Positions 9,221 to 20,574 are shown, counted from the first letter of the stretch. The stretch is 64,000 nt of DNA from Candidatus Porifericomitaceae bacterium (GCA_965212005.1 OZ243038.1:1601440-1665439), one strand, 5' to 3'. Notes: generated by a model from the letters alone, not told the origin. A program made the numbers and translations.

Positions 9221-9970
9221 TCAGCGCAGCGTGCGCAGACTGTACAAGCGGCCCGTGCTCAGGGATACAAATAAAGTGCTCAGCAGCAGGAAATAGCACA
9301 CGTCCGCGACCCCTATGTATCCGTTCAGCAGTTGCGCGTAATGCGGCCGGATAGCCAGGTAGCCCATGATCTTTCCCGCTATCTGCCCGTCGGCCCATAA
9401 ATGTTGCAGCGGTTCCATCAACAGCAGAATCAGCAGCAGGAACAGGCCGCGGGCCGCCGCCGCCGGGGGGTTTTCCGTCAGGCTGGACATGTACAGGCCG
9501 AGCGCCGCCAGTACCGTGTTCAACAGCAGACCGCTGCACAGGTAGATTGCCACAAGGCGTAGGTCCAGGTCCGTGTAGGGCATCAGGCTCAGCGGCATCA
9601 GGACAGCGAGCAACAGGGGGACAGAGAGCAGACACCATGCCGCCAGGAATTTCCCCAGTGCAATCTCGATCAGCCGTACCGGCGCGGACGTCAGCAGTGC
9701 GAGTGTTCCGGAACGACGCTCTTCGCTCAGCAGGTACATGGTGAAGAGCGGGGAGATGAGCATAAGCAACATGCCGGACCAGGAGAACAGGTTTCGCACT
9801 TTTTCGGCAGTCAGGCTCTGGTGCAGGCCAAACTGAAGGAAGATCTTCAGGTTGGTATAGAAGATCAGCGCCAAAAGCAGCGTGAGTCCGGCAAACAGGG
9901 ACCAGGCCAGCGGTGCGTAAAGGGCTCTTCGCAACTCGCAACCGGCAATACAAAATGTGGCCCTGCTCAT
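9221..9970 (-). CDS. ABC-2 family transporter permease
   Basis: 249 aa, six hydrophobic segments; overlaps the ATPase gene stop (9967-9970). Confidence 0.75.
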   Translation of the reverse strand: MSRATFCIAGCELRRALYAPLAWSLFAGLTLLLALIFYTNLKIFLQFGLHQSLTAEKVRNLFSWSGMLLMLISPLFTMYLLSEERRSGTLALLTSAPVRLIEIALGKFLAAWCLLSVPLLLAVLMPLSLMPYTDLDLRLVAIYLCSGLLLNTVLAALGLYMSSLTENPPAAAARGLFLLLILLLMEPLQHLWADGQIAGKIMGYLAIRPHYAQLLNGYIGVADVCYFLLLSTLFVSLSTGRLYSLRTLR

Positions 9971-10893
9971 GGCAGTTCCTCTTGAGTCAACTGCAGGAAG
10001 GTATCTTCCAGCAGGTCTTTTTCCAGGCTTAACTCAAATAGCCTCCAGCCGTGAGTAACCGCCGCCTGCACCAGGGGCTCCGCCGGGTCTGTATCGGGAG
10101 CGTAACGGATGCGGAAATGATGCTCCCCCAGCGCTTCGGCTGCCTGCACGCCTTCCACCTGCCCCAGTTCATCAAGCGCAGGCGGCCGGCGCAGTCCCAC
10201 GCGCAGTCTGCGGTGTGCGTTCAGGCTCAGATCGCCCAGGTCTTGATCCAGGATCAAGCGTCCCTGGTGGATGATCAGCACCCGGTCGCAGAGCGCTTGT
10301 GCCTCCGCCAGCAGATGCGTGGAAAGGATAATGCCGCACGACTGGGCGAGTTCCCGGATCAGGGAGCGAACTTCACTGATTTGCCTGGGGTCCAGGCCGG
10401 AAGTCGGCTCGTCGAGGATGATCAGCCGGGGTCTGTGTACGATCGCCTGGGCGACCCCAACGCGTTGCCGATATCCTTTGGAAAGGTTCTGGATCAGCTG
10501 CTGGCCGCATTCTTGCAGGCCGCAGGCCTGGCGTGCGCGGTCCACGTCGGCGTGGGCCTGGTTGCGCCGGCGGCCCCGCAGCCTGGCGCAGTAGAGCAGA
10601 AATTCGTTGACGCTGAGATCACCATAGAGTGGAGGTTGCTCGGGCAGAAAGCCGAGTTGAGAGCGGGCCTGGCGCGGTTCCTCGGTCAGATCGAAACCGG
10701 CGATTTGGATGCTGCCCGCGGTCATTGCCATCGTGCCGCTTAGCATTTTCAACAGGGAACTCTTTCCGGCGCCGTTCAGCCCCAGCAATACCAGCAACTG
10801 CTGTTGTTGCAGCTCGAAACTGATGTCGGACACCGCTTCGAATCGACCATAACGACGGGATAAATGTCCGGCACGGACCAAGGACTCGGTCAT
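9967..10893 (-). CDS. ABC transporter ATP-binding protein
   Basis: Walker A GLNGAGKSS, ABC signature LSKGYRQR, Walker B LIILDEPTSGLD. Confidence 0.9.
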   Translation of the reverse strand: MTESLVRAGHLSRRYGRFEAVSDISFELQQQQLLVLLGLNGAGKSSLLKMLSGTMAMTAGSIQIAGFDLTEEPRQARSQLGFLPEQPPLYGDLSVNEFLLYCARLRGRRRNQAHADVDRARQACGLQECGQQLIQNLSKGYRQRVGVAQAIVHRPRLIILDEPTSGLDPRQISEVRSLIRELAQSCGIILSTHLLAEAQALCDRVLIIHQGRLILDQDLGDLSLNAHRRLRVGLRRPPALDELGQVEGVQAAEALGEHHFRIRYAPDTDPAEPLVQAAVTHGWRLFELSLEKDLLEDTFLQLTQEELP

Positions 10894-11300
10894 GGGCTCT
10901 TATTATCAAAGATCTTCGGCTTGGCGCAAGTGCGCGGTAAAACCGGTGCGGTGGCCACCACCAGAGAGCCCTGTTCTTTGCTCGGCGCTCTGGACAGCAG
11001 CCGCAGTGGTAATCCCGGCAGGGCGGTCCGGGTTTGTTTTGCCTGATCGCGCAGAATTCTGCGCGGCATACGCCGGCACAGACGGCATCGGAGGGTGGCC
11101 CAGGGCGTTACGACGGACTCGGGGCCTCGGTGCGACCGTCCGCCAATCCCGCTTCCCTGCCGGGCCGAGCCCCAGGAATTTGCCGCTCCGGCCCCGATCA
11201 ACAGGGGGTGCGTCCGCTTTCTTTTGTCTCGAAAGGACGCTAAAATAGCCGAATGGTCGCGGAATAGCGAAAAACTTTAATAAAGAGGGAGTGTAGTTCG

Positions 11301-11768
11301 ATGGCCGGCGTCTTGGTGCTAAGCGGTCCCAACCTGAACCTGTTGGGCTCGCGCGAACCCGAAATCTACGGCACGGAAACCTTGGAGCAGATCCATCACC
11401 GCCTGGGTGAATTGGCGGCTGGCTCAGGGTTGCGCCTGGAGTGTTTTCAAAGCAATGCCGAGCATGAGTTGATAGAGCGTATCCACGGGGCGGCCCAGCA
11501 GGGCTGGGAGGCGGCGATTCTCAATCCCGGCGCATTCACCCATACCAGCATTGCACTGCGCGATGCTTTGCTGGGGACGGGATTGCCCTTCATTGAGGTG
11601 CATCTGTCCAATCCTTATGCCCGCGAACCGTTCCGGCGTCACTCGTACCTGTCCGACGTTGCCCGCGGCGTGATATATGGCCTGGGCGCGTACGGTTATG
11701 AGTTGGCCTTGATGGCTTTGCAGCGGGATCTGGCCAGTCATTCCCGTGTCGCAAAAGTGCAGCAGTGA
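11301..11768 (+). CDS. aroQ: 3-dehydroquinate dehydratase, type II
   Basis: 155 aa; [19 protein letters not shown] ... [17 protein letters not shown] ... IEVHLSN motifs of type II DHQase. Confidence 0.95.
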   Translation: MAGVLVLSGPNLNLLGSREPEIYGTETLEQIHHRLGELAAGSGLRLECFQSNAEHELIERIHGAAQQGWEAAILNPGAFTHTSIALRDALLGTGLPFIEVHLSNPYAREPFRRHSYLSDVARGVIYGLGAYGYELALMALQRDLASHSRVAKVQQ

Positions 11769-12163
11769 ACCACAGGCTCTGTGCTGTCAGCGAACGGTAA
11801 AACAAAGGAATTATATCCTTGACTACCCATCCCCCCCATCCTGGACACCCTCACCGAGAGGCCTCCATGAACTCAAAGCCGACCATTCAGCATTCCGTCC
11901 ACAAGCAAGCCGCCAAGATTGCCAAAGTCATTTTGAACACCCCGCCTGCTCAATTGAAACTCCGAAAGGCAGGCCGTGGGTAGTCAAGAATATAATTCCC
12001 TGAAACAAAGAGTCTGCTTCCCGTAGTACATGTGCCGGGTATGTTTTTGTTTGTAATGGGCGCTTGTTCCGCCTATAGGCGTGCGGTTGCATTTTGGCCG
12101 CAGCGTACAAAAATCATGCGCGGGCAGAGCATCCTTTTGAATTATACAAGGCCTTGATGGTAG

Positions 12164-12625
12164 ATGGATATACGAAAGATTAAAAAATTGATCGAGCTTC
12201 TGGAAAGCTCTGCAGTTTCCGAGTTGGAAGTTCACGAAGGGGAGGAATGGGTGCGCATCAGCCGTCCCGATCCCGCCGGGACCGCCTCTGTCCCGGTCGT
12301 CAATTTACCTGCGGCCGCACCGCGATCTCCTGCGGACACAATGGTGCCGGCGCCCGGCACAGAGCCGGCGCCGGCAGAGTTGGGGCACCTGGTGAAGTCT
12401 CCCATGGTGGGAACTTTCTACGCCTCGCCGCAGCCCAAAGCCCGCCCGTACGTGGAGTTGGGGCAGCAGGTGAAGCCGGGAGAGGTGTTGTGCATTATTG
12501 AGGCGATGAAAGTGATCAATTACGTTGAGGCCACGATCAGCGGTTCGGTGCTGAAAATAATGGTGGAGAATGGCGATCCAGTCGAATACGGACAAGCGCT
12601 GTTTGCCATCCAACTCAGCGAATGA
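12164..12625 (+). CDS. accB: acetyl-CoA carboxylase biotin carboxyl carrier protein
   Basis: 153 aa; Ala/Pro-rich linker; biotinyl-lysine motif EAMKV; aroQ-accB-accC synteny. Confidence 0.9.
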   Translation: MDIRKIKKLIELLESSAVSELEVHEGEEWVRISRPDPAGTASVPVVNLPAAAPRSPADTMVPAPGTEPAPAELGHLVKSPMVGTFYASPQPKARPYVELGQQVKPGEVLCIIEAMKVINYVEATISGSVLKIMVENGDPVEYGQALFAIQLSE

Positions 12626-12876
12626 AGGGGAATGCCGCCGTAGCGGTTAAAACCATTGCCCTGCCAATGTTTCTAACTAATCCATTGATCAGCAAACTGA
12701 AGGGCTTTCCCTGTCAATGGAGCATTGAGTCCATGCTGGCTGTTTGGTCTGTGCCGGGGTGCTCGCGGGATGTTGCTGTTTCTTGTGCCGCCGCCCGCCT
12801 GTTCCTGTTGCGGACCAGGGGGCTGAAGGTCGATCCATTGCCAGTGCCGTCTGGGTGACAGACGCGGGCTGCTCTC

Positions 12877-14232
12877 GTGCCGGCCTTGTTTAACAAGATC
12901 GTAATCGCCAACCGGGGTGAAATTGCCCTGCGGGTTTTACGTGCCTGCAGGGAATTAGGCATCAGTACCGTGGCAGTTTATTCCGAGGTGGACCGGGAGC
13001 AAAAGCACGTATTGCTTGCGGATGAGGCGGTCTGCATCGGACCACCGCAGCCTGCCGCAAGCTACTTGAATATTCCCGCCGTCATCAGTGTTGCCGAGGT
13101 GACGGACGCCGAAGCCATCCATCCCGGCTATGGATTCCTTTCGGAAAACGCCGACTTCGCCGAACAAGTGGAGAACAGCGGCTTTGTCTTCATTGGTCCG
13201 CACGCCGATACCCTGCGCCTGATGGGGGACAAGCTTGCCGCCATTGAGGCCATGGGCAAACTCGGCCTGCCTTGCGTCCCGGGCTCCGGCGCTCCATTGC
13301 CGACCGGACAACCGGAAGAGTGCCTGAAGATTGCCCGCGGGATCGGTTATCCAGTCATGATCAAAGCATCCGGTGGGGGCGGCGGGCGTGGCATGCGGGT
13401 CGTCCACAGCGAAGCGGCCCTGATGAACACCATCTCACTCACCGCGCGCGAGGCGCAAAATGCTTTTGGCAGTGACGTGCTGTACCTGGAGAAATACATG
13501 GAGCGCCCCCGGCACGTTGAGATCCAAGTGCTGGCGGACAAACACCGCAACGTCGTCCATCTGGCGGATCGCGATTGTTCCATACAGCGGCGGCAGCAGA
13601 AACTGGTGGAGGAGGCGCCGGCTTCGGGGATCAGCGCCAAGGATCGCCAGCGCCTGGGGGCTCGTTGCATTGATATTTGTCGGGAGCTCGGCTATTTCGG
13701 TGCCGGCACTTTCGAGTTCCTGTACCAGGACGGGAAGTTTTTCTTCATTGAGATGAATGCCCGTATTCAGGTCGAGCACCCGGTTACCGAGATGATAGCC
13801 GGGGTGGACATTGTCAAAGAGCAGATTCGCATTGCCGCCGGGATGGAGCTGCGCATGCGTGCGCAGGATATGCACTTTCACGGCCACGCCATAGAATGCC
13901 GGATCAACGCCGAGCACCCATATAATTTCCAACCTTCTCCCGGCATAATAAAGCGCTATCATCCACCCGGCGGGCCGGGGGTCCGTATGGACACGCATAT
14001 CTACCAGGGCTACCGCGTGCCGCCGCACTACGATTCCCTGATTGGAAAGTTGATTGTGCACGCCGAAACCCGCGAGTTGGCTCTTGCGCGGCTTTCGAAT
14101 GCACTATCCGAGATCCTGATCGAGGGCATCGACACCAACCTCGACCTGCATCAGCGCCTGGTCAGCGATGCCGGATTCGCCGCTGGGCAAGTGGATATTC
14201 ACTTCCTTGAACGCTGGCTTTCCCGGTCCTGA
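12877..14232 (+). CDS. accC: acetyl-CoA carboxylase biotin carboxylase subunit
   Basis: 451 aa; [17 protein letters not shown]... ATP-grasp motifs; position after accB. Confidence 0.95.
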   Translation: MPALFNKIVIANRGEIALRVLRACRELGISTVAVYSEVDREQKHVLLADEAVCIGPPQPAASYLNIPAVISVAEVTDAEAIHPGYGFLSENADFAEQVENSGFVFIGPHADTLRLMGDKLAAIEAMGKLGLPCVPGSGAPLPTGQPEECLKIARGIGYPVMIKASGGGGGRGMRVVHSEAALMNTISLTAREAQNAFGSDVLYLEKYMERPRHVEIQVLADKHRNVVHLADRDCSIQRRQQKLVEEAPASGISAKDRQRLGARCIDICRELGYFGAGTFEFLYQDGKFFFIEMNARIQVEHPVTEMIAGVDIVKEQIRIAAGMELRMRAQDMHFHGHAIECRINAEHPYNFQPSPGIIKRYHPPGGPGVRMDTHIYQGYRVPPHYDSLIGKLIVHAETRELALARLSNALSEILIEGIDTNLDLHQRLVSDAGFAAGQVDIHFLERWLSRS

Positions 14233-14502
14233 TCCGCAAAGGATCCGGTAAGTATCCTCTGCCTGGTGGCGCGTCCTCGTGAATGCAGGGTTAATGCACG
14301 GACTGTACCGCCGCAGTATGCTGAGTCAGTGGCCTTCAGGGCTGTCGCGCGCCTGGCGCGGCAAGTGCAGCAGCGGGCCCGGTTGTTGCATAATGCGTCC
14401 GGGACGGCGGTTAGTAGGAGGCTTTGGCCAAGTGGATAATTCCTGCAGAGTGGGCACGAGGCATGGAATAGCTGCGCCCGCATCGGGCGCGGGCGCTTAA
14501 AA

Positions 14503-15285
14503 ATGTATACCCCTTGTCCGTCCTGCAAGCGAGTCTTTCCGCTGAAGGCGGAACACCTGTCCGTCGCAGAGGGAATGGTGCGTTGCGGTTTTTGCAATAC
14601 CGCTTTTAATGCCCTGGAGAATCTCTACGATGAACCGCCACCGGTGCCCCCCGTGCTGACTGGCTCCGGTGAAGCCGGCGAGGAGGAGGCCATGGCCCAG
14701 GGGGAGGGGGCGGCACCGATCGAGGATTTGGAACCGGAACTGCCGCCCGTTGAGGTTCTGCTGCAGGAAGACTGGCACCACCGGTCGGTGCGCCCTTTCT
14801 GGAAATGGATATTGGGGCTGCTGATCGCGGCTTTACTGATACAGGCCGCATGGCACTTTCGATCCGAATTGATTACGCGTTTCCCTGGTCTTGCCCCATG
14901 GGTTCATACGATCTGTACTCACCTTGACTGTCTGATGTTACGGCAAGGACGCCTTTCCGACGTCGTCCTGCTGAATCGCGACGTGCGCACCCATCCCGTC
15001 TATCAGGATACCGTGCTGGTGAATGCCACGCTGCGTAATGAATCGCAGGTCGCCCTGCCCTATCCTGTCATGCAGCTTCAACTTTACGACAACAGGCAAA
15101 CCATTCTCGCCTACCGCGAGTTCGCTCCGGAAGAATACCTGGATCGGAACGCGTCGGTTTCCTGGGGGATGCTGCCTGGCGTGCCGGTTCACTTAGTGCT
15201 GGAATTAACCGGACCGGTAAAGGATGCGACCGGGTTTGAGTTCGGATTTGCCTATTTGCGCAGCAGGCCTTTCTTTGCCCGGTAA
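14503..15285 (+). CDS. zinc-ribbon / DUF3426 family protein
   Basis: N-terminal CPSC...CGFC zinc ribbon, TM helix, C-terminal DUF3426-like region; conserved between accC and fis in many gammaproteobacteria. Confidence 0.65.
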   Translation: MYTPCPSCKRVFPLKAEHLSVAEGMVRCGFCNTAFNALENLYDEPPPVPPVLTGSGEAGEEEAMAQGEGAAPIEDLEPELPPVEVLLQEDWHHRSVRPFWKWILGLLIAALLIQAAWHFRSELITRFPGLAPWVHTICTHLDCLMLRQGRLSDVVLLNRDVRTHPVYQDTVLVNATLRNESQVALPYPVMQLQLYDNRQTILAYREFAPEEYLDRNASVSWGMLPGVPVHLVLELTGPVKDATGFEFGFAYLRSRPFFAR

Positions 15286-15496
15286 TAATGATATGATGCT
15301 GGCGGTGGATGCATTGGCTTGGCTCCCCGGTCGCCGGGAGTTGCCGCATGCCTGCAATGTCGCTGTTGATCGCTGGTTCACGGCGAGGCGCTTGCGGGGG
15401 GCGTGAAAATCATCCGCTAAATTGTAGTTGATGGCTTCTGGTACGGGGCCATGCGGGAATAAAAATAATTTCTCGAAACCTTGAAATTGTGAGGAA

Positions 15497-15796
15497 ATGG
15501 GCAAGTTCCCCCGGAAAAACGTCAGATCAGAGTGCGTTGCTGGACCCGGCAAGAAGAAGGCGTGCCTGAGTGAGCACGTGCGGTCAGCACTGGAGACTTA
15601 TTTCGCGAATCTTGATGGGGATGCTCCGGAAGAGCTTTACCAGCTGGTACTGGCCCAGGTAGAGCGTCCGCTGCTGGAGGTGGTGCTGCATAACAGCGGA
15701 GGTAACCTGACCCGGGCATCGGGCATGCTGGGCATCAACCGGGTCACTCTGCGCAAGAGAATGAAGAAATACGGACTGGCCCAGAGTGTCGGCTGA
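15497..15796 (+). CDS. fis: DNA-binding protein Fis
   Basis: 99 aa; C-terminal GNLTRASGMLGINRVTLRKRMKKYGL aligns with E. coli Fis ([26 protein letters not shown]). Confidence 0.85.
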   Translation: MGKFPRKNVRSECVAGPGKKKACLSEHVRSALETYFANLDGDAPEELYQLVLAQVERPLLEVVLHNSGGNLTRASGMLGINRVTLRKRMKKYGLAQSVG

Positions 15797-16088
15797 CTTG
15801 CCTTTCCATCCACTCGTTTATCCGCCTGTTATCGCCAGGCTTTCGCCATTGACAAACGAAACGGGTTCCCTGCGCTGGATTCAAGCCGGCCGGGTTGTTG
15901 CGAGAGCCGTCCATTCAGCGCACAGAGGGTTGGGCCCATGCTGCCTGCGCGGAATGCGACAGCGCGTCCTTTCCAGTTTTTGCCCCTGACGGCGGGCCAT
16001 AAGGTTCCCTGAATTGTGTTGACTGACGTGTGCCTGCCGGTCCGCGGACTGCTGCCATCCCGCACCGGTTCACGCCGACCGGCGGAAC

Positions 16089-17678
16089 ATGTCGGTTAAA
16101 GAAAACAACGGGGCAGCGGTGCCCATAAAAGTCCGCCGCGCCCTTATCAGCGTCTATGACAAGACCGGCATCGTGGAGTTTTGCCGTGGCTTGGCCGGGA
16201 TGCAGATCGAACTGATTTCCACTGGCAGTACGGCCCGCCAGTTACGCAAGGGCGGGTTGCAGGTGCAGGAGGTTTCCGAGTACACCGGGTTTCCGGAGAT
16301 CTTGGGCAATCGTGTTAAGACCCTGCATCCGCGTGTACACGGTGGGTTGCTGGCGCGGCGCGGGGTAGACGATGCTGAAATGCAAAAACACGGCATAGAG
16401 CGCATCGACCTGGTAGCGGTGAATTTCTATCCTTTCGAGCAGGTGGTCGAGAAGCCTGACTGCACGCTCCGCGACGCAGTGGAGCACATCGATATCGGCG
16501 GCCCCTGCATGGTGCGGGCGGCAGCCAAGAATCACCAGGCCGTGGCGGCGCTGGTGGAGCCGGGCGATTATGCGATGGTGCTGGAGCAATTGCGCCGCAG
16601 CGGCGGCTGCCTGGACGCGAAATTGTGCTTTCGCCTGGCGCAAAAGGCTTTTGCGCTGACGGCGCGTTACGATGGCGCAGTCTCCAATTTTCTGGGGGGT
16701 ATGGAAGCGGATGGAGAGTCGCAGTCTTTTCCCCGCTTTTACACGATGCAGTTTTCCCGGCGGCGCGAGTTGCGTTACGGGGAGAACCCGCATCAAAAGG
16801 CAGCTCTTTACGGGCCTTCGGCCCCTGTGCCGGGTTCGATCGCTGATGCTTCCCTGCTGCAGGGCAAGCCGCTTTCGTACAACAATATGATGGACTTGGA
16901 TATCGCCTGGCAGTGTGCCAGCAGTTTTACCGGGCCGGCCTGTACTATCGTCAAGCACCACAATCCATGCGGAATTGCAATCGGTACGGACCTGCGGGTG
17001 GCGTACCGGCATGCCTACGCTACCGATCCGCGTTCCGCTTTTGGCGGGGTGATTGCGTTGAACCGGCGCCTGGAGGCAGAGTTGGCCGCGCACGTGCTAG
17101 AGCAGCAGTTCGTCGAGGCCATCGTTGCGCCGTCGGTCAGCGAACCGGCCAGGGAGGCGCTGGCGGCGAAGGCAAGCGTGCGCGTTCTCGCCCTCGGTGA
17201 GCCTGGAGCGGATGCGCCGCAGTTGGACCTGCGGCGCATCCGCGGCGGTCTTTTGCTGCAGGATGAGGACTCCGGCGTAATGGGCGAGTCCCGGGTCGTC
17301 ACCCGGCGGCGCCCCGATGATGAGGAAATGCCGGCGCTCTCGTTTGCCTGGCGCGCCGCCCGTTACGTTAAGTCCAACGCGATCGTGCTGGCGCGCGGCG
17401 GCTGCACACTGGGGATCGGCGCCGGGCAGATGAGCCGCATTGACAGTGTGCTGATAGCGCTGATGAAGGCTGAAGAGGCAGGCCTGGAGTTGAAGGACGC
17501 AGTCATGGCCTCCGATGCTTTCTTCCCTTTCCCGGACTCGATCGAGCGAGCTGCCGAGAAAGGGATCCGCGCCGTCATTCAGCCCGGCGGCTCAGTCGCT
17601 GATGAACAGGTGATCTCGGCGGCTGACCGGCACGGTATGGCCATGGTGTTTACCGGGGTGCGGCACTTTCGTCACTGA
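16089..17678 (+). CDS. purH: bifunctional AICAR transformylase / IMP cyclohydrolase
   Basis: 529 aa; [15 protein letters not shown] ... [10 protein letters not shown] motifs; fis-purH-purD synteny. Confidence 0.95.
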   Translation: MSVKENNGAAVPIKVRRALISVYDKTGIVEFCRGLAGMQIELISTGSTARQLRKGGLQVQEVSEYTGFPEILGNRVKTLHPRVHGGLLARRGVDDAEMQKHGIERIDLVAVNFYPFEQVVEKPDCTLRDAVEHIDIGGPCMVRAAAKNHQAVAALVEPGDYAMVLEQLRRSGGCLDAKLCFRLAQKAFALTARYDGAVSNFLGGMEADGESQSFPRFYTMQFSRRRELRYGENPHQKAALYGPSAPVPGSIADASLLQGKPLSYNNMMDLDIAWQCASSFTGPACTIVKHHNPCGIAIGTDLRVAYRHAYATDPRSAFGGVIALNRRLEAELAAHVLEQQFVEAIVAPSVSEPAREALAAKASVRVLALGEPGADAPQLDLRRIRGGLLLQDEDSGVMGESRVVTRRRPDDEEMPALSFAWRAARYVKSNAIVLARGGCTLGIGAGQMSRIDSVLIALMKAEEAGLELKDAVMASDAFFPFPDSIERAAEKGIRAVIQPGGSVADEQVISAADRHGMAMVFTGVRHFRH

Positions 17679-17690
17679 ATACGGTCCGTC

Positions 17691-18968
17691 GTGCGTGTTC
17701 TGATCATCGGCGGCGGCGGCAGGGAGCACGCCTTGGCCTGGTCTGCCGTGCGCTCGCCGCAGGTGCGGCAGGTGTGGGTCGCGCCGGGCAACGCGGGTAC
17801 CGCGCAGGAGCCGGGGGTGGAAAACGTTGCCGTGGACGTACAGGATATGGCAGCGCTCGCGCGCTTTGCCGCCGACCGCCGCGTTGATTTAAGCATTGTC
17901 GGTCCGGAAGCGCCGTTGGTAGCCGGGATCACGGATCAATTTGCACGCCTGCATCTGCCTTGTTTCGGCCCGAGCCAGGCTGCCTCCCGGTTGGAGGGCT
18001 CCAAGTTTTTTACCCGTTCCCTGTGCGCGCGCCACAATATCCCGATGGCGGATGGCAAATCTTTCACTGAGGTGCCTGCCGCCCTCGACTATCTGCGGCG
18101 CTGCACGTTGCCGATCGTGATCAAGGCAGACGGTCTGGCCGCCGGCAAGGGCGTGGTGATCGCCGCAGCACGCGATCAAGCCTGCCAGGTGGCGACGGAG
18201 ATGTTGTCCGGCCAACGCCATGGGGATGCCGGTCGCCGCATCATCATTGAGGAATACTTGCCGGGGGAAGAGTTGAGCTTCATCGCGCTCAGCGACGGCG
18301 AGAACCTGTTGCCGCTTGCCAGTGCCCGGGATCATAAAACCCGCGATGACAGGAACCGCGGCCCCAACACTGGCGGCATGGGCGCGTGTTCCCCTGCTCC
18401 CGACATGGACGCCGATTTACAGGACCGCATCATAACCCGGATCATGCAGCCGGCCGTGCGAGGCATGGCACAGGAGGGAATGATTTATCGCGGCTTCCTC
18501 TACGCAGGCCTGAAGATCCTGCCGGGTGCCGAGCTTCGGCTGCTGGAGTTCAATTGCCGCCTGGGAGATCCCGAAGCACAGCCCATCCTGTTGCGTTTGA
18601 ACAGCGATCTTCCCGATTTGTGCCTGGCCGCGTTGCAAGGGTGCCTTTCGTCCTCTGAGATTGTTTGGGACCGGCGGGCTGCGACTGGAATCGTGTTGGC
18701 CGCCGCGGGCTACCCCGGGAAGGCACGGGTAGGAGATCCGATCCAAGGTCTGGATCGGCCTCAGCCCGATGGCGTCAAAGTGTTCCATTCCGGCACCGCG
18801 GTCCGGCAGGACCAGGTCGTTTCCGCGGGCGGCCGCGTACTCTGCGTAACCGCCCTGGGAGCAGACTTGGCGCAGGCGCGTTCGGCGGCATACGACGCGG
18901 CTGCCTGTATCCGCTGGCCGGGAATGTTTTATCGTAAAGACATCGGGGCCCCCGCTACGCCGTCATAG
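17691..18968 (+). CDS. purD: phosphoribosylamine--glycine ligase
   Basis: 425 aa; MRVLIIGGGGREHALAW N-terminus, ATP-grasp. Confidence 0.95.
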   Translation: MRVLIIGGGGREHALAWSAVRSPQVRQVWVAPGNAGTAQEPGVENVAVDVQDMAALARFAADRRVDLSIVGPEAPLVAGITDQFARLHLPCFGPSQAASRLEGSKFFTRSLCARHNIPMADGKSFTEVPAALDYLRRCTLPIVIKADGLAAGKGVVIAAARDQACQVATEMLSGQRHGDAGRRIIIEEYLPGEELSFIALSDGENLLPLASARDHKTRDDRNRGPNTGGMGACSPAPDMDADLQDRIITRIMQPAVRGMAQEGMIYRGFLYAGLKILPGAELRLLEFNCRLGDPEAQPILLRLNSDLPDLCLAALQGCLSSSEIVWDRRAATGIVLAAAGYPGKARVGDPIQGLDRPQPDGVKVFHSGTAVRQDQVVSAGGRVLCVTALGADLAQARSAAYDAAACIRWPGMFYRKDIGAPATPS

Positions 18969-18990
18969 CGGCGACCGGGAACGGCAAGCC

Positions 18991-19062
18991 GGGCCGCCGG
19001 CACGGATGGGCTTGCCTTCTCCGGGCCGCCGGCACGGGTGGGCTTATCCTCGCCGGGCAGGT
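18991..19062. repeat. tandem ~36-bp repeat x2
   Basis: gggccgccggcacggatgggcttgccttctcc / gggccgccggcacgggtgggcttatcctcgcc. Confidence 0.7.
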
Positions 19063-19166
19063 GCCGGAAAAACGGACCAGGTTCCCGCGTGTTTCCCAGG
19101 GCCCGCTGGGGCGTCCCCGCCGGGGCGTCAGCGGACCGTTGTTCCGACCGGCTTCTGCACCTTGCA

Positions 19167-19305
19167 GTCACTTCAAGGCCGGTAGTTTTCCCGTATGGCA
19201 GGGCGCGGCTCCGGGGCGGGCACGTGGCTTTCTGCACCCAGTCACTTCAAGGCCGGTAGTTTTCCCGTATGGCAGGGCGCGGCTCCGGGGCGGGCACGTG
19301 GCTTT
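19167..19305. repeat. tandem ~73-bp repeat x2 overlapping the 3' end of metZ
   Basis: agtcacttcaaggccggtagttttcccgtatggcagggcgcggctccggggcgggcacgtggcttt occurs at 19167 and again at 19240. Confidence 0.85.
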
Positions 19306-20500
19306 TCCCCAATGCCTGCAAGTCCGTCTGCAAGTCTGCCACGTTTTCCAGTCCTACCGACAGGCGGATTAACTGATCGCTGATCCCGGCGCGGTCTCGA
19401 TCTTCCTGGCTAAGCCGCCAGTGCGTTGTGGTAGCCGGGTGGACGATGGTGCTTTTAGTGTCCCCTAAATTGGGGGTGATCGAGTACAGGCGGGTATGAT
19501 CGATTACGTTCCAGGCCGTCTCCCGATTTCCCTTCACCTCAAAGCTGATAATCCCGCCGCCGCCCTGCTGTTGGCGCTCTGCCAGTTCATGTTGGGGATG
19601 ACTGGGGAGACCGGGATGGTACACCCGTTGCACCTTCGGCTGGGTTTCCAGCCAGCGCGCCAGGGCCAGCGCATTCGCGCAGTGCGCGTGCATGCGTAAC
19701 TGCAGGGTTTCCAGTCCCGTGAGGAACACCCAGGCGTTAAAGGGGCTCATTGTCGGACCGGTGGTACGCAGGAAGCTGAATATGTTCTCATCCAGCAAAT
19801 CCGCCGGACCGACCACGGCACCGCCCACGCAGCGCCCCTGTCCATCCAGGTACTTGGTCGCCGAATGAATCACCAAGTCTGCCCCGTGGCGTAAAGGGAG
19901 CTGCAGTGCGGGGGTGCAAAAGCAATTGTCTACTACCAGCAGGCAGCCTTTGCCGCGAGCAATCTGCGCCAATCGGTCGATATCGGCCAACTCAGTCAGC
20001 GGGTTCGAGGGAGTCTCCAGAAACAGCAGGCGGGTGTCCGGGCACAGGGCCGCCTGCCAGGCGTCGTAATCGGTCAGCGCTACCATGCTGGTCCGGATCC
20101 CCAGGCGCGGCAGGAGGTCTTTGAACAGGGTCAGCGTAGTGCCAAAGAGACTTTGCGAGGCGACGATGTGGTCGCCACTCTGCAGCAGGCCCAGGCAAGT
20201 GCTCAGAATCGCGCTCATGCCGGAGGAGGTGGCGATGCAGCGCTCTCCTCCTTCCATCATCGCCAGCCGCTGCTCGAACGCGCGTACCGTCGGGTTGGTA
20301 AAGCGTGAATAAATGTTGCCCGGCTCATCGCCGCAAAAGCGGGCGGCGGCCTCGCGCGCCGAGCGAAAATTAAAGCTGGAAGTAAGAAATAACGGATCAC
20401 TTTGCTCTCCCTCCTGGGTGCGCTGCTGGCCGCCGCGTACCGCCCGGGTGGAGCTTCCGCATTGTGTAAAAGGGTTATCTGCCGCCGGATCGTGGTTCAC
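19247..20500 (-). CDS. metZ: O-succinylhomoserine sulfhydrylase (PLP-dependent, Cys/Met metabolism family)
   Basis: 417 aa; PLP-lysine motif HSATKYLDG; GTG start with GGAGAAG RBS; C-terminal ~19 aa (KSHVPAPEPRPAIRENYRP) are encoded by the tandem repeat. Confidence 0.85.
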   Translation of the reverse strand: MNHDPAADNPFTQCGSSTRAVRGGQQRTQEGEQSDPLFLTSSFNFRSAREAAARFCGDEPGNIYSRFTNPTVRAFEQRLAMMEGGERCIATSSGMSAILSTCLGLLQSGDHIVASQSLFGTTLTLFKDLLPRLGIRTSMVALTDYDAWQAALCPDTRLLFLETPSNPLTELADIDRLAQIARGKGCLLVVDNCFCTPALQLPLRHGADLVIHSATKYLDGQGRCVGGAVVGPADLLDENIFSFLRTTGPTMSPFNAWVFLTGLETLQLRMHAHCANALALARWLETQPKVQRVYHPGLPSHPQHELAERQQQGGGGIISFEVKGNRETAWNVIDHTRLYSITPNLGDTKSTIVHPATTTHWRLSQEDRDRAGISDQLIRLSVGLENVADLQTDLQALGKSHVPAPEPRPAIRENYRP

Positions 20501-20574
20501 TGTCTTCTCCTCGTCTGCTGATTCGATTCGAGCTCGCCCTTTGCCGGTCGGTAAAGGACGTTTCCGGTGCCGGA

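Noticed and set aside
13435-14061. 208-aa minus-strand ORF
   Set aside because: Antisense to accC.
16242-17093. 283-aa minus-strand ORF
   Set aside because: Antisense to purH; Arg/Ala-rich translation typical of the reverse frame of a GC-rich gene.
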